A stretch of 64,000 bases of DNA from NCBI GenBank assembly GCA_964016885.1, contig OZ024740.1, forward strand, positions 249,240,001 through 249,304,000. The letters are read 5' to 3'. Every line of letters starts with the position of its first letter. Within the stretch, counting starts at the first letter, position 1. Positions 27,825 through 41,062 of this stretch are shown here, one piece after another. The DNA is from Eledone cirrhosa (Eukaryota). A model generated the notes under the pieces. That model was given only the letters and a program-made list of their open reading frames with translations. It was not told the origin of the DNA and did not search any database. The position numbers and the translations under genes were made by a program.

Positions 27825-29220
27825 TCATCATCATCATCACCATTTTACGTCCATTCTTCCACGCTAGCATGGGTTAGACGGGTTGTCCTGTTGTGAGCAG
27901 TGGCCAGTCGGCTGACCTTGTCTTGCTCATACAGGAACTGATTCTGGCTTGATTTCTATGGTTGGATGCCCTTCCTAACACCAACCTCATTTACAGTGAG
28001 TGCTGGGTGCTTTTATCCGTGGCGCCTACACATCCACTTTACAGTGTGAGCTGGGTGCGTTTTTGCCGTTTCACCTCCACGACCGCTTTGCGGTGGGAGG
28101 GTGTGGGGGCATATTGTCTATATGCTTCAGCTTCGGCTTGTTCCTGTGGGCAGTCGGGTCTTCTGTATTACTGCTTGACACAAGAGGTCACCGTCGTGTG
28201 TCATTGCTCTTGAGAGGTGCAATTGGGTAAGGTCCACGCAGCTTTCTTCTTGGCACTTGAGAAGGCAAGCTCACCATTATCATTCCGGATACACTTCTCT
28301 CCAATGACATCACAATTCTCTCTGACATACTGCCTCGCAATCTTGAACACCTCCTGTTTCTGGTCCTCACGTTGCAAAGAATTTTCTATCCTCTGCTTCC
28401 CTTCTAGCTAAGTATACTTGTCGCCTAGCTTCCCTCCTGGTCTCTATGTAATGTACCCTGCTTCCCCCGTTCTTTCATTCTTTCCATGCCTGTCTCTTAG
28501 TCTTAACTGGCTCATCTACCTTATTGTTCCACCACCAAGTCACTCTCCTCCTCCCTGTGGAAGACTTTTGTGTTTACAACCGTCCATCTATCACGCCCTC
28601 AGATGAGGATAAAATCTATCTCACTAAAATGCTCCCTTGATCTATAGGTGATCAGATGGTCGTCGGGTTTTTTGAAGTTTATGTTACATATTGACATGTC
28701 ATTGGCGTCGCAGAATTCAAGAAGCCTTCTTCATTTCTTGTGCCAAACCCGTGGCCTCCATGGACTCTATAGAAGCCGTCACGGTGTTTACCAACGTGTC
28801 TGTTGAAATCTCCTGCAACTATTAAGAAGTCATTGTCGCTTGTTAGGGCAGTAGTGTGCATTAGGGACTTGTAAAATCTATCCTTAAGTTCGTCTGGCAA
28901 TCCCAATTAGGGTGCGTAAGCTGATATTATTGTGGTAATTCAGGACTAGTCTGAGTTTGATGATTCTTGCATTCACCCTATTCACTGAGATTACCTTATC
29001 AACCCATTTGTCATCTAATAGTATACCTACCCCTCCCATCCCGTTGTCATTTTCCACCTAGAAAAATTTGTAGCATTGACTTTTGCCTACAAGGACTCTA
29101 GCGGACTCTCCTTTCCATCTAGTCTCTTGCACACAGTATACATCAATTTCCTTTCGCTCTAGCATTTCTACAATTTCTCCTGCTCTTCCTTTCATTGTGC
29201 TTACATTGATGGTTCCAACT
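27825..29220 (-). mobile_element. RTE LINE family A-like, multiply internally deleted
   Basis: APE start (VGTINVSTMKGR, CVQETRW), AGDFN and short linker pieces, then directly the 3' end and tail; the RT is absent. Confidence 0.85.
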
Positions 29221-29391
29221 ATATATATATATGAATATATATATAAATGTAATCTGAGTTTTTCGAATATTAATAATATTCGATTCATTTGCAATTATGC
29301 AAACAGCCTCTTTTTTTAAAACCATGTCAATAGAATGAGCCCCTCATTCTTGCTATTGTGTTGGTATGTAAACAGAATTGCAGACACTAAT

Positions 29392-29580
29392 GTTTTACTC
29401 TCAACTCGTCTATGCTTGGTCGTTCACGCATATTGACATTGCACATCCAACAAAGCATGCTCGCTTTATTTCTCTCCAGCCATCGCATATCCTCCACATT
29501 TGCTGCCCATCCCTCACTACCATGCAGCATCACGCATCTCACACAGGCATCATATAACCGGCCTTTCGTTCATAGGGTGA
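29392..29580 (-). mobile_element. RTE LINE family C-like fragment
   Basis: Matches the RLYDACVR...ERN.ASML region. Confidence 0.75.
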
Positions 29581-29779
29581 AATACGTGGCGAGATGATAG
29601 TTACAAAGGTCTACAATAAGACTAAGGAGTTTAGCTTTAAGGTGATTTGGATACCCTTTGCATCTAGCTGTGCACCAACATATTATTATGTTTCCTAGCC
29701 AAGTTATACGCTATGGTAGAATAAGTAGCCAGATGAATGTTTTTACGGAGGTAGTGAATAAACTTTTAAAACATATGGT

Positions 29780-32459
29780 AAGACAGGGATAAAAAAAGAA
29801 ATTTCTGATATGGCGGTAGCTGTGGCCTCATCTGGGATTGCTGCAACTTTGTTGCTCGGTGGCAGGACAGCACACTCAAACTTTAAGCTCCTTCTGAATT
29901 TAGCAACATCTGACATGCCTACATGCAACATCAGTAAGAACTCAGACCAGGGGGAAGTCCTCAGAAAGTGTCATCTCATTGCATGGGATGAATGCACCAT
30001 GGTTTCACAAAGGAGTTCTGGAAGCAGTAGATAGAGCCCTAAAAGATATCAGAGACTGTCAGGATCCAATGGGAGGTGTAACGCTTCTGTTGTCTGGTGA
30101 TTTCAGGCAAACTCATCCCGTCATTCCCAAAGGCACCAGGGCAGATGAAGTCAAAGCATGCCTTAACCCTTTAGCATTCGCATTAATTTTCAAATGTTAT
30201 GCTTATCTGTTCGCATTGTTTTGAGCTAATCGTACTCAAGAGGGTTATCAATTTTATTTGTTTGTAATTTTCTTAATTTTCTATGTGCAGGCTTGAAATT
30301 TTGTCAGTAGATGTTTAAATATCAATAATTTACAATTATATAATTTTACCTGATTTTTTTTTGGTTAAATTTGACTTTCATGGGCAGGTGAAATTAATTA
30401 ATAGGGGCATTTGAAGTATCAACCAGGTGCAAATACTGGTTTAATTTTAAATACGTTGTTTTCAGCATAATACTTGATATATAAGGATCACTAAACCTTA
30501 TATCAGTGCTCCAGTAATTCCACAGTCTTGGAAATTGTTTTATACCGAACATAATATTTACAGTAAAAAAATGCTTGCATTTCCGCAGCATGTCGGTCAC
30601 CAAACAGTTCGGGTTTTCCTCGATTTGAAATCTGTTGTTGGGCATAGTGATTAATCTCTTCTGCCACAACTTCGAAGAAAGTTTGTGGTAAAAACAAAAA
30701 GAAATAATCCAGTGCTTTAGCATCAGGAGCTAATGTGTGTTGTGGACCAGTATTTTGAATAAAATCAGGAACATATATCGGTGTAGTATTTTTCAATGGC
30801 GTCTTGGAGATCTCCTTCGTTTTCACTTTCAAAACAGCAATCATCGTCGGATGAAATTTCAGAAATATACAAATCTGATTGATTTGAAGATAAATCACTA
30901 ATATTATCTTTTGTTTCTTGTTCATTCTGAATGTTGTCGTGTGTAAAACCTTTAAAGTCGGTATCGCTACTTTCACAAGCCATGTTGATAAACAAAAAAT
31001 CTGTTCTACTTTCAATGTTAAAAAAACATGATGTTTTAAGTTGTTTCACTATATTAAGTATTAATTTTCGTGGTAAGGGCTTAATCTCGCAGTAATTATC
31101 GAATTGACGAGATTTTGATGATGATTTGTTTAATTTTAGAACGATATTTTAATGTGGGTGTTATCGGCCGGTTTCGGGCAGTTTGAACAAATGAAGGGGA
31201 AATAATTTCAGCCGGTTTCGGGCGGTTTGAACACTAAAGGGTTAAGTCCTCTCCAGTGTGGCAACAAGTTACAACACTGACTCTTACCACTAACATGAGA
31301 GCTCAAATGCAAAGCAACTAACTGTCAACCAAATTTGCAAAGGACATTTTAACACTTGGCAATGGCAAGGTGCATGTAGATGTGGAGATATGAGTCGGTC
31401 CAGTTTGTACCATTGTTAATACTGTGAATGATCTCAAAGACCAAGTGTTTCCAAATTTGAAGGAAAATTAGGAAAACCACAATAGGCTGTGTGAAAGAGC
31501 AATACTGGCTCCAAAAAACAAATTGACAAACAGCTGATGCAGTCCCTTCCTGGTAGTCTTCACACTTACAAGTCAGTTGATACAATCCCAGATCAAAATG
31601 AATTAGTAAATTATCCTCCAGAATTTCTCAATTCATTGGAGCTTCCAGGACTACCGCTCCACATATTAGAACTGAAAGAGGGAATTCCGGAAATACTGCT
31701 TCGGAATCTGGACCCGCCAAGACTCTGCAATGGGACAGGCCTGGTGACAAAGAATGCAATGTCACATGTTATCGAGGCGACCATTCTTTCTGGATGTGGA
31801 AAAGGTGATGATGTATTCATTCCAAGAATTCCTATCATTCCATCAGGAGCAGAAATTCCATTTTCCTTTAGAAGACTGCAATTTTCGATTCGTGTCAGCT
31901 TCGCTATGTCCATTAACAAATCCCAGGATCAGACATTATCTGGAGTGGGAAGCAAAAGAAATCTATTTGCATATGCTTGACAAGGAAAAACAAGGAACAT
32001 TGTTTACAAATGAGGTCTTATAATCGCAACAAGGAGTAAGCTCCTTTTCTTGAACAAATTTGACGGAATTTTTTCATTTCTTAACCAATATCAGTTCATT
32101 TTGTCTTGAGTAAACGCCTCCAAAGAAGAGATCCTCCATTGATTGACAAACGGCGAGAGAGATAACCCCCTTTAACCGCTTCCTTGGAGTCGGCTGAAGC
32201 AACAAAACATCATAACTTCTGGAGTTCGCAACCAATTTTCACCAAACTTGGCACATGGGCTACGTATGTTCTACAGATGAATTTTAACACTCGGAATTGG
32301 CACATATTGAGTAGGGGACCCCTGGGGGCAGGAACCCATTTTTGGAAAAAGCCGATGATTTCGTATAAGTATAGTTTTCAAAGAAGCACTGAAGTTTTGA
32401 CATGAATGCTATACATGACTGCTATTTAATACCCGAACAATGCCGGGTACCTCTGCTAG
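29780..32459 (+). mobile_element. Helitron remnant (PIF1-type helicase pseudogene) with 3' hairpin and CTAG
   Basis: AVASSGIAATLL.GGRTAHS, DECTM, GDFRQ, LLRNLDPPRLCNGT and FAMSINKSQ. Ends cccgaacaatgccggg...CTAG|T. Confidence 0.9.
30167..31241 (-). mobile_element. Internally deleted piggyBac element with TTAA duplication
   Basis: TTAA|CCCTTTAGCATTC ... GAACACTAAAGGG|TTAA. Transposase N-terminal remnant GPQHTL...ALDYFFLFLPQTFFEVVAEEINHYAQQ. Confidence 0.92.
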
Positions 32460-32486
32460 TATATACGTGTGTGTGTGTGTGTGTGT

Positions 32487-32825
32487 GGAAGCACGTGGCT
32501 TAGTGGTTAGAGCATTAGCCTTGCAATCGAAAGGTTGTGAGTTCAATTCTCAGACCGGGTGATGTGTTGTTTCCTTGAGCAAGACACTTTATTTCACATT
32601 GCTCCAGTTTACTCAGCTGTAGAAATGAGATGATAGGGACTGGGGTCGATATCATTCCACTGCAAAGTGGTCATGGAGGTGCCACAGCAAAAAAGTACCC
32701 AGCACTCACTGTAAATGAGGTTGGTATTAGGAAGGGCATCCAGCTGTAGAAATCAAGCCAGAATCAGTTCCCATCCCACCCTAGCAAGCAGGGAAAAGCG
32801 GACGTAAAATGATGATGATGATGAT
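32487..32825 (+). mobile_element. tRNA-derived SINE, complete copy
   Basis: A and B boxes, central domain, RTE-like 3' part and (TGA)n tail. Confidence 0.9.
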
Positions 32826-32847
32826 ATATATGTATATATATATATAC

Positions 32848-33180
32848 AAGCAAGCATGCTCCAATGGATGTGCAATATCAATGTGCATGAACGACTAAGC
32901 ATAGACGAGTTGAGAGTGAAACTGTATATAAAAGGAATAAAATGTAGTGTGCAGGAGAGAAGACTGCGTTGGTATGGCCAAGTAATCCCAGTGGATAGAA
33001 GAAGCAGTAGAGGAACACTGCAAAAAACATGGGTGAAGGTGTTTAGAGTTGTCCTCAGATCGCTGAAGCGAACAGAGATAATGAAGAACCATAATAAATG
33101 TAGAGATGCTGTGCTGAAGAGGACCCGTCCCACCTTTGAAAGAAAGGAAAAGCGGACATAAAATGATGATGATGATGATT
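32848..33180 (+). mobile_element. RTE LINE family C-like 3' fragment
   Basis: MLQWMC...RRLRWYG and (TGA)n tail. Confidence 0.85.
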
Positions 33181-33213
33181 ATGTATATACATTATATATA
33201 TATATATACATAG

Positions 33214-33249
<36 letters not shown>

Positions 33250-33257
<8 letters not shown>

Positions 33258-33335
33258 AGATCAAAAGATGGTTAAAGGAGTTCCATATATTTTATTATGC
33301 GGAACTCCTTTAACCATCTTTTGATCTTATATTAT
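33250..33335. repeat. Perfect 35-bp inverted repeat with 16-nt spacer
   Basis: ataatataagatcaaaagatggttaaaggagttcc pairs with ggaactcctttaaccatcttttgatcttatattat. Confidence 0.95.
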
Positions 33336-33466
33336 GCATACTCCAGTCCCACAAACTGTAGAGTGCTTCTTATCCGATATCTGCATTGCTTTATTGTACT
33401 ACAATAAAACTCACCTCCTACACATATATATATATATATATACATATATATACACATTTACATACA

Positions 33467-33960
33467 TCTATATATATAAAGTTGTATTCCTGTCTGTTTG
33501 TTTGTTTGTTTGTTTGTTCACGAACTACTCTTATGATTTTGGAGATAGACCCCCATAACCATATATATTCTGAAACTACATTGCCCAGGGTACTTGGATA
33601 AGTATATTTCATTTTAATCAAAGGGTTCCCCGGGGGGCACAAACCGCCGCTGAAAGTTTTTTCCCTGTGATTTATATGAAATTTAAACAATAGGTAAATG
33701 ACAAGATATGATGCCTATTCACAAAAGTTTGGAATTGATATTTTGAAAAAAATTATTTACAAGAAACAAAATAATAAGATTTAATAATGTAATTTTGATT
33801 TGATATATTACAAAAAATGTTTTCCAATTTTTCATGCATTACATTTTACATTGAGTAATATTGACATGCACAGTTTTTCTCCATAAATTATATCATTGAT
33901 TTAAAATCAATCATCATTTTCTTACAAAACAAATGTGTGAAACGCAGGTAATTCAGCTAG
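33467..33960 (+). mobile_element. Non-autonomous Helitron
   Basis: A|TCTATATATATAAA 5' end, (TGTT)n, and CTAG|T 3' end after a decayed hairpin. Confidence 0.7.
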
Positions 33961-33999
33961 TACATATATATATATATATATATATAATTTTATGGCAGA

Positions 34000-35450
34000 T
34001 GTGGCATTGATTGTGTACTGACAAGTAGTTGCTATTGTCAATATGACACTGATTGCTGTGTCGGAAAGAGATAGGCATATTTTGCCACAAATTTCACAAG
34101 ACGAAACCTTAGCACCATGCTCATGCCTTGTAACCATTTGGTTTTTCCTGGTTTTATGTTTTAGATTTCCTTAAAACATTTCATACCACCCCATACTTTT
34201 GAGCACCAATTATTATGATCTGCTGCCAAAACTTCAAGCTGCCTTGCATCAACTCCAATGTTTTTCAAACTTTTCTTCAGTGCATCCTTAAACCTTTTCC
34301 TGGGTTTGCACTGTTTTCGTTTACCCTGAACAAGTTCACTATAAAATAACCATTTTGGAGTATGTTTATAATGCATGCACACAAGGTGTCCCGACCATCT
34401 GAGTTGGTTTCTCAAGATTAAAGATTGAATTGAAAAATACCAGCAGCTAGTATTTTTCAATTTAGTGTCTGCAATGAATGAGGTCCATAAGATTTTCAGG
34501 ATTCTGCACAAACATTTTTGGTGAAATTAGCTTTATTTGGCGTTTAAAGCATGTTTAGGTCTCAAAAAATTAAAGAAAAGAAGATAGCACAAAAGATTTG
34601 TATACAGAAACTTTTGTCTTGGTTTTAATATCTGACCTCATATGAGATTCTAAATTGCCAAAAGATTTTGCAGTCCTTCTGTGTCCAATGAACTGTTTTT
34701 ATTGGCAGAGCTACCAAGGTATATGAAAGATTCAACAACCTCAAGAAGTTTTCCTTTGATATATATTTTCGACTGCTGAACATTTTGACCAGGTGCTGGT
34801 TGACCAGTTTTCTTCAGGTTAATTGTAAGGCCAAAGACATCATATGCTGCATCAAATGAAGAGATAAGTGATTGCAAGCCATGCTCTGTATGACTAACAA
34901 GGTCACAAATATTGGCATACAGCAAGTCTCTAACCAATTAAGTGAAAACTTTGGATTTGAATTTCTATCTTGTCAGATTAAAAACATTTCTTGTATACGG
35001 GCCAGAACTTGGCCAACAACCGATGAGAGTGAGATTCCTCTGAAATTACCACATTGGTCTTTACCACCAGGCTTAAAACGTTACTAAAACAACATGTATC
35101 CAGTCTTGTGACATCTCTTTCTCACAACAATGATCTATTACTATTTGCAAAAGATCCACCATTTTCTCACACCATGCTTCAGAACTTCCGCACTTATACC
35201 ATCCATTCCAGGAGTCTTATTATTGTTCAACTTTTTTACAGCCAACTCAGTGTAATTCCTAGATGGTTCTAATGCCATATCATAAATCACGGGGAGATTT
35301 TCAAGAGACTCAATGACAGACAACTCTACATTAGAAGGTCAATTGAACAATTCAGAGAAGTGTTTCAGCTACTGATTTTGAATGGATACATTAGTTAAGA
35401 GAATTTGACCGTCAGCAGATCTGACAGATGTGATTGCAGAGATTTTAAAA
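34000..35450 (-). mobile_element. RTE-BovB-like LINE, old and degenerate
   Basis: KTPGMDGISAEVLKHG, RDLLYAN, FGLTINLKKT, YLGS, QLRWSGH and a terminal CEICGKIC. Confidence 0.82.
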
Positions 35451-35469
35451 CATTTTTCTCATTGTGATC

Positions 35470-35730
35470 CACAATCATCCACAAAAAAAATGTCCAGCCC
35501 ACACTGTAAAGTGGTTGTGTAGGTGTCACGACAAAAAGCACTCAATACTTGCTGTAAATGTGGTTGGCGTTAGGAAGGGCACCCAGCTGTAGAAACCAAG
35601 CCAAAATCAGTTCTGTATGAGCAAGACATGGTCACCTGACCTGGCCTCTTACAACAGGACAACTCGTCTAACCCATGGTAGTGTGGACAAATGGACGTTA
35701 AATGGTGGTTATGATGATGATGATGATGAT
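35470..35730 (+). mobile_element. RTE 3' UTR module with (TGA)n tail
   Basis: gttggcgttaggaagggca...ggacgttaaa, then (tga)n. Confidence 0.8.
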
Positions 35731-35742
35731 TATATATATATA

Positions 35743-36676
35743 TCATTATCTATAAAAGGCAGATTGTTGTTGTGTGTGTGTGTGTGTGCATGTTCCATGT
35801 TTTATACATTTGCACAATTTCAAACCGATTCGACCCAAAGTCTGTAAGAATGTTGTAAATGGTCCAACTTAGGTCAACGACTATTTATTTCATTTACACT
35901 CACCCACAATTACGGAAATAATCGATAAAACTAAATACATGACGCTTTACCCCTCTAATACAATCAGTTTACCTCTCTCTACTCCTCTTAAAATTTGATA
36001 AAACTACATACATGCTGCAACTTTCTCTGATATACGATTAAACTTACAAACTTTAAGAGAGAGAGAGAGAGAGGGAGAGAGAGAGAACGTTTGTTTTTGA
36101 GTGTGGAACGGTCAAACATTTATTTACTTCAATGACAAAGAGAACTTATTACATTTCATACGAAACAACAATTATTCAAAAACAACAGATAAATTTATTC
36201 AACAACAAAAAAAATAGCAATAAATCTTTTTTAAAACATCTATCAACGAATGTGGAAGAAAGAAGTATCAGTTCATTTACACAATAATATCCTCTATGAG
36301 GTCACTAAACCTGCTAGAAACAGCAGCTAACTCTCCCCCATATCACACCCCTCCCTACTGTCTTAAATTTAGAAAACACACATTAGATAACCATGCAGAA
36401 CAACTCCATTGCAGCTCTGTTGTTCGGCTGGCATCGTCTACGCGTGTGTTGCGCAAGTACTGTGAAACAATAAATTTCAACACTTCTTTGCACAGAGATA
36501 ATATCCATAGGCGAAACTACAATTGTCACTGCTGGCGCAGCTCCTGCTTCGGCAGTCCAGGTCTGCAATTCATTCACCCAGTGCCTGGCAGACAAAAAAG
36601 TGCTGCCATAAAATGGGTGGTGCAACCTAACTTTGGTAACTTACTGACCCCGAGCAACGCCGGGCTGTAATTATAG
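35743..36676 (+). mobile_element. Non-autonomous Helitron
   Basis: TC...TATAAAAG start followed by (TG)n; 3' hairpin cccgagcaacgccggg, then ATAG|T (one change from CTAG). Confidence 0.65.
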
Positions 36677-36705
36677 TATATATATATATATATTTGTATA
36701 TATAT

Positions 36706-37560
36706 CATCATTGTTTAACATCCATCTTCCACGCTAGCATGGGTTAAGACGGTTTTGTTCCATTTGATGCGGATAATGGTTGGGAGAACGTTTCTAGTTC
36801 GTACGGAAGTGTTTCGGGCAAATTTTTTTACAGCTGGATGCCCTTCCTAACACCAACCACATTTACAGTGTGGACTGGAAGCCTTTTTACCGTGTCTCCT
36901 ACACGGCCACTTTACAGTGTGGGCTGTTGTGTCATCGACACAGTGGACGGAACGGAAATGGGAGGATGGGGTATATTGGGTTAAGAGGTGCCTACTGACT
37001 GTAAGTTTGTATGCAAGGGCAGGCAGGTCTTCTGTACAACTGCATGGCGCCAAAGATCTCCATCCAGTGACATTGTCTTAGAGAGGTATAAGTGAGCAAG
37101 GTCAGTTTTTATCACCTCGTCCTAGGTTTTTCTTGGTCTACCCGCTCCATAGCTTCCATCAATTTTCATTGCCCTGCACTTTTTTATACAGCTGTCGTCC
37201 TTCATACGTACCACATAGCCATACCAACGCAATCTCTTCTCTAAAACACAACATTTGATGCTTTGCCGTTCGCACACATTACTATTACACATCCATCGGA
37301 GCTTCATATTCAAGCATCATACAATCTGCCTTTTGATGCTTCATATACAAGCATCATACAATCTGCTTTTCACTTTTAGAGAAAAAACCCTTGTGGCCAA
37401 CAGCAGTATTAGCTCTCTGAACTTTTTCCATCCTGTTATATCTCTGGCTACTATACTTTCAGAGCACCCTCCTCCACAGCTGATTTTGTCACCTAGGTAA
37501 CGAAAAGTGTCTACTATTTCTATAGAACCCATCTGAGTAGTTGAAGGATATAGCATCCAG
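36706..37560 (-). mobile_element. RTE LINE family B-like 3' fragment, degenerate
   Basis: GSIEIVDTFRYLGD, RLRWYG, GRPRKT and 3' UTR. Confidence 0.85.
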
Positions 37561-37664
37561 TGGGTCCTTGCTACTTACTGCACCTATGATCCCATAGTAT
37601 ATAGATCCTGTTAAGGGTGAAAGCAGCGATTCTTTGCTTAAACTTTAATCTGTTATTTTAATAA

Positions 37665-37757
37665 ATATTTGCTCTACGGTTCTTATATATTTGATATATA
37701 TTTATCCTTATCGAGCCCTCTTTGGATTTTCGTCTTCAAATTTATTATTATTACTAT
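37665..37757. repeat. Dispersed ~90-bp repeat, inverted copy at about 11195-11285
   Basis: tttgctctacg...ccttatcgagccctctttggatttt.gtcttcaaatttattattattac is shared between the two sites; family unknown. Confidence 0.75.
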
Positions 37758-38130
37758 ATATATATATTACTTTATAGCATATTGCTCTGATTATTTAATT
37801 TATTAATTCTTCATTGAGCCACATCGTGAATGGTTGCCAAAACACATATATATCTGTGACTGTGTTTAGTTTGTATGTGCAAATCTTTATATTTAATAAT
37901 CTCCCATAAGGTTGAGATGCAATTTGGGCAATATTGGGCTGCGCTTTCTAGCAACCAACCCACTCGCCGTAAGCAACCAATCACATTCTTTCTGACTTGA
38001 CCAATGCCACGTCACGATTCTTAGCCATTTTGAATTTGTGTTTGGTGGGGACTACTTAGGAAAATAATCTGTCCTAATGAGTTTGTCTCCTGACGAGTTC
38101 GAAGCTCAAGATTTTATCCTTTATAGGATA

Positions 38131-40366
38131 CTAGCAGATTTACCCGGCGTTGTTTGGGGGTTTGAAATTATGCTAAGAATATACAGCTAGGAAGTAAAAG
38201 AAGAACATTATTTGTCCCCAACCTGTCAAAATCAGCAGAAGTCTTCAATAATTAATGCAAACGAATATTTAGTGCAATCTTTGTACACACAAAACTATGC
38301 TGATAATGAAGGAAAACACTGAACAGGATGTAGTTATACAAATGATTAAAGACAATACACGTTGCAAATCTGTAAAATAAACAGGCAGTTTTGCTAAAGT
38401 ACAAAAAGTTGTAATGAAAGCAGAGCTGTATACAAACCAAAAAACAATGAGAGTAGAATAAGAGAAAATCTATTCTTGGAGAGCATCCTTTGCTGTGTAT
38501 GGTTAAATTTTTAACTTATAATCCAAAATATCCTGCATGACATATTCATTGGTATGTTTTGTAATGAGTAAAGTGAAGTCAAGGCAGAGCTGTAATAAAT
38601 TTTTTTGTTAACACTAAAGCACTTCAGGATAGATGATATTCTTTGTTTTTCTTTTCGGAACAAACGCAAAGAGATTTTCTCGACTACCAACTCGTGAGCA
38701 GGCAACATAGAATTGTCCGTGCGAAAAGCAAGGTTCATCCAAGTGAATTCCAGCGATGGATAGAGTTTGACCTTGCGACTTGTGTATGGACATCGCAAAG
38801 GCAACACGAAGGGGAAATTGGGTTCGGTGAAAGGAGAAGGAAGTATCCACGCCTGATGTAGTCAGGCTAATTTTTTTTATTATCACATCCTCGCCTTTTC
38901 CATATCCGGATAGAATGGTAGCGTCAATACTAAGTGGAGACAGTTTTTTAACCTCAAGGCGTGTACCATTGCATAGTTTTGGAGGAGTGATATTTCTCAG
39001 CAAAATAACTGGTGTTCCCTCTTTCAGAACCAATGTATTAGGGGGTAAACCAGGAGGATTTAAAGAATTTAGAAATTCAACTGGATAATTGACCGCATCC
39101 TGTGGATCACATACAGTATCAATAGTGCTATATATCCGTGGACATCCAGGAAGCAGCTGAAGAAGCTGATCGTTAATACAGCTAACCGTGATATTTTGGG
39201 GTGCAAGAATGGCTCTTTCGCATAGCCAATCAAGATTTGTATAGTTATCACGCAAGTTCGGGAATACACTTGCCTTGAGATCATCGACAGTTTCAACTAC
39301 ATTGCAGATGTGATCAATTGCTATGTGTCCATCTGTATCCGGAGGTAGGTTACCATCTCCTATTGTAAGAATGTCTCCAGAAAATGTTGATGACAGAGGG
39401 TCCCCATGCAACCTTGCACGCATGTTGGTAGTTAGTCTTAATGATGTCACTTGTCGCCACAATGGTGAAGACTTAAGACATGCATTTACCGCATCTGCTC
39501 TTGTTCCTTTCGGTATTATCGGAAGAGTCTGTCTGAAGTCTCCTGAAAGCAGAAGGGTGACACCCTCCATAACATCACTGCAATTCCGTATGTCTTGCAA
39601 AGACCTGTCTAGTGTCTCAAGAGCACTTTTGTGCGCCATTGTGCACTCATCCGAAACAATAAGGTGACACCTTCGCAGCAGATGAGCCCTTTCGGAGTCT
39701 TTGGTGATATGACAAGTAGGAGTTTCCAATTCTGCCAAATCAAGGGGCAATTTAAAAACTGAATGTGCCGTCCTTCCACCAGGGAGCAAAGTTGCTGCCT
39801 TTCATATTTTTGTACTGTCTCTGCAGATCTTGCTGCAGCAGTATCTGTAGCATCCACAGCAAGGCGTGTTTCCCGTTGCTCTGTAGTCTCTGCAGCTCGT
39901 GCTGCAGCAGTTGCTTTAGCATTATTGGTTCGCCGCACTAACCGACGCTCAGCGGCGGACAAAGATGTTGCAATAACTGTACTCACCGCATTTAGTGATT
40001 GTCTATTTTCGGTTATCGGCGGAGCGTCATTTACACGCATTGTTTTCTTCGACCGATAGCCAATATGTGCATACTTTCTTTTACGGGGCATATTTAGTGA
40101 AAAGGTTATCTCCCTTTTTTATAAGGATTGTCAATAAAGTTTGTTATCTCCCTTACATCAATTTTTCTACCGATAATTTTGATATCGAATTTTTATTGCT
40201 CAACGTGGGTCGATTTGAAAAATGTTTGTGATGTGACAATCTTAGCGACCTGTGCAACGTGCACAGAAAATTGTCAAATTCAGTTGGTAATTGTGAAAGC
40301 TTTATGCATGCCAAGTTGTACACAGACACACACACACACACATCCTCGCTTTTATATATATAAAGA
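38131..40366 (-). mobile_element. Internally deleted Helitron with both termini
   Basis: Minus strand starts A|TCTTTATATATATAAAAG and ends ccccaaacaacgccgggtaaatctgCTAG|T. The N-terminal ORF (MPRKRK, RAAETTEQRETRL) abuts the helicase; no Rep domain. Confidence 0.9.
38614..39789 (-). CDS. Helitron PIF1-family helicase C-terminal portion (open frame, lacks Walker A)
   Basis: GGRTAHS, DECTM, GDFRQTLP, LTTNMR, LCNGTRL, FAMSIHKSQGQTL and HGQFYVACSRV. Confidence 0.85.
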   Translation of the reverse strand: MLPGGRTAHSVFKLPLDLAELETPTCHITKDSERAHLLRRCHLIVSDECTMAHKSALETLDRSLQDIRNCSDVMEGVTLLLSGDFRQTLPIIPKGTRADAVNACLKSSPLWRQVTSLRLTTNMRARLHGDPLSSTFSGDILTIGDGNLPPDTDGHIAIDHICNVVETVDDLKASVFPNLRDNYTNLDWLCERAILAPQNITVSCINDQLLQLLPGCPRIYSTIDTVCDPQDAVNYPVEFLNSLNPPGLPPNTLVLKEGTPVILLRNITPPKLCNGTRLEVKKLSPLSIDATILSGYGKGEDVIIKKISLTTSGVDTSFSFHRTQFPLRVAFAMSIHKSQGQTLSIAGIHLDEPCFSHGQFYVACSRVGSRENLFAFVPKRKTKNIIYPEVL

Positions 40367-40717
40367 TATCAAAATGCGAACGAAACCCAAGGGTAGGGAA
40401 TTGATCCTGGTATGTATATAAGCATTTCTAACTTTAATTTTATACCTAATTGTGTATGGTTGACCGTATATTTAATCAATTTCCACGTGCTGTTGAAATG
40501 TTAGATAAATACTCTATGGCGGTTGACCGCGAAGAGGCTGCTATCGTTTATTTATTTACTGATTCTTCATAGGTGCCTTTTATTCTTATAGCCTGGTCTA
40601 ATTGATTTTTTGTGTGGTTAATTATGCTAATTGGGGGAAGAAATGGCGTATATATATTATCAAATGATTCTATGGACATACTTTATAGTATATATATATA
40701 TATATATATCTACACAT

Positions 40718-40765
<48 letters not shown>

Positions 40766-41062
40766 TGAAACAAAATGAAAACGAAATTTCATTTCTCACT
40801 CTTAGTATGGCACTTACTTAAATGTAAGTATGCATGTATACGTACATACATATATGTATACAGACGTACAGTAGCATGCACATATATATATATATATACA
40901 TATATACATACATATGCATAGAGGTACACATACATATATGCACGTATCAGTTTAGCGGCGCTAACGTCGCTTTGTTCGTTTGTAAACAAACTGAACAGCC
41001 TGAATTTATGCCATACGGTGTTAAGGCAACCACGTCACCTTTTTGTTCAACACTGACACAGG

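Noticed and set aside
38055-38125. Possible decayed hammerhead (CTAATGA...GAAG) downstream of CCAAT boxes
   Set aside because: Both core halves are mutated and stems I and III are not convincing.
38614-39789. Host PIF1 helicase gene
   Set aside because: Intronless, lacks Walker A, and is bounded by Helitron TC and CTAG termini.
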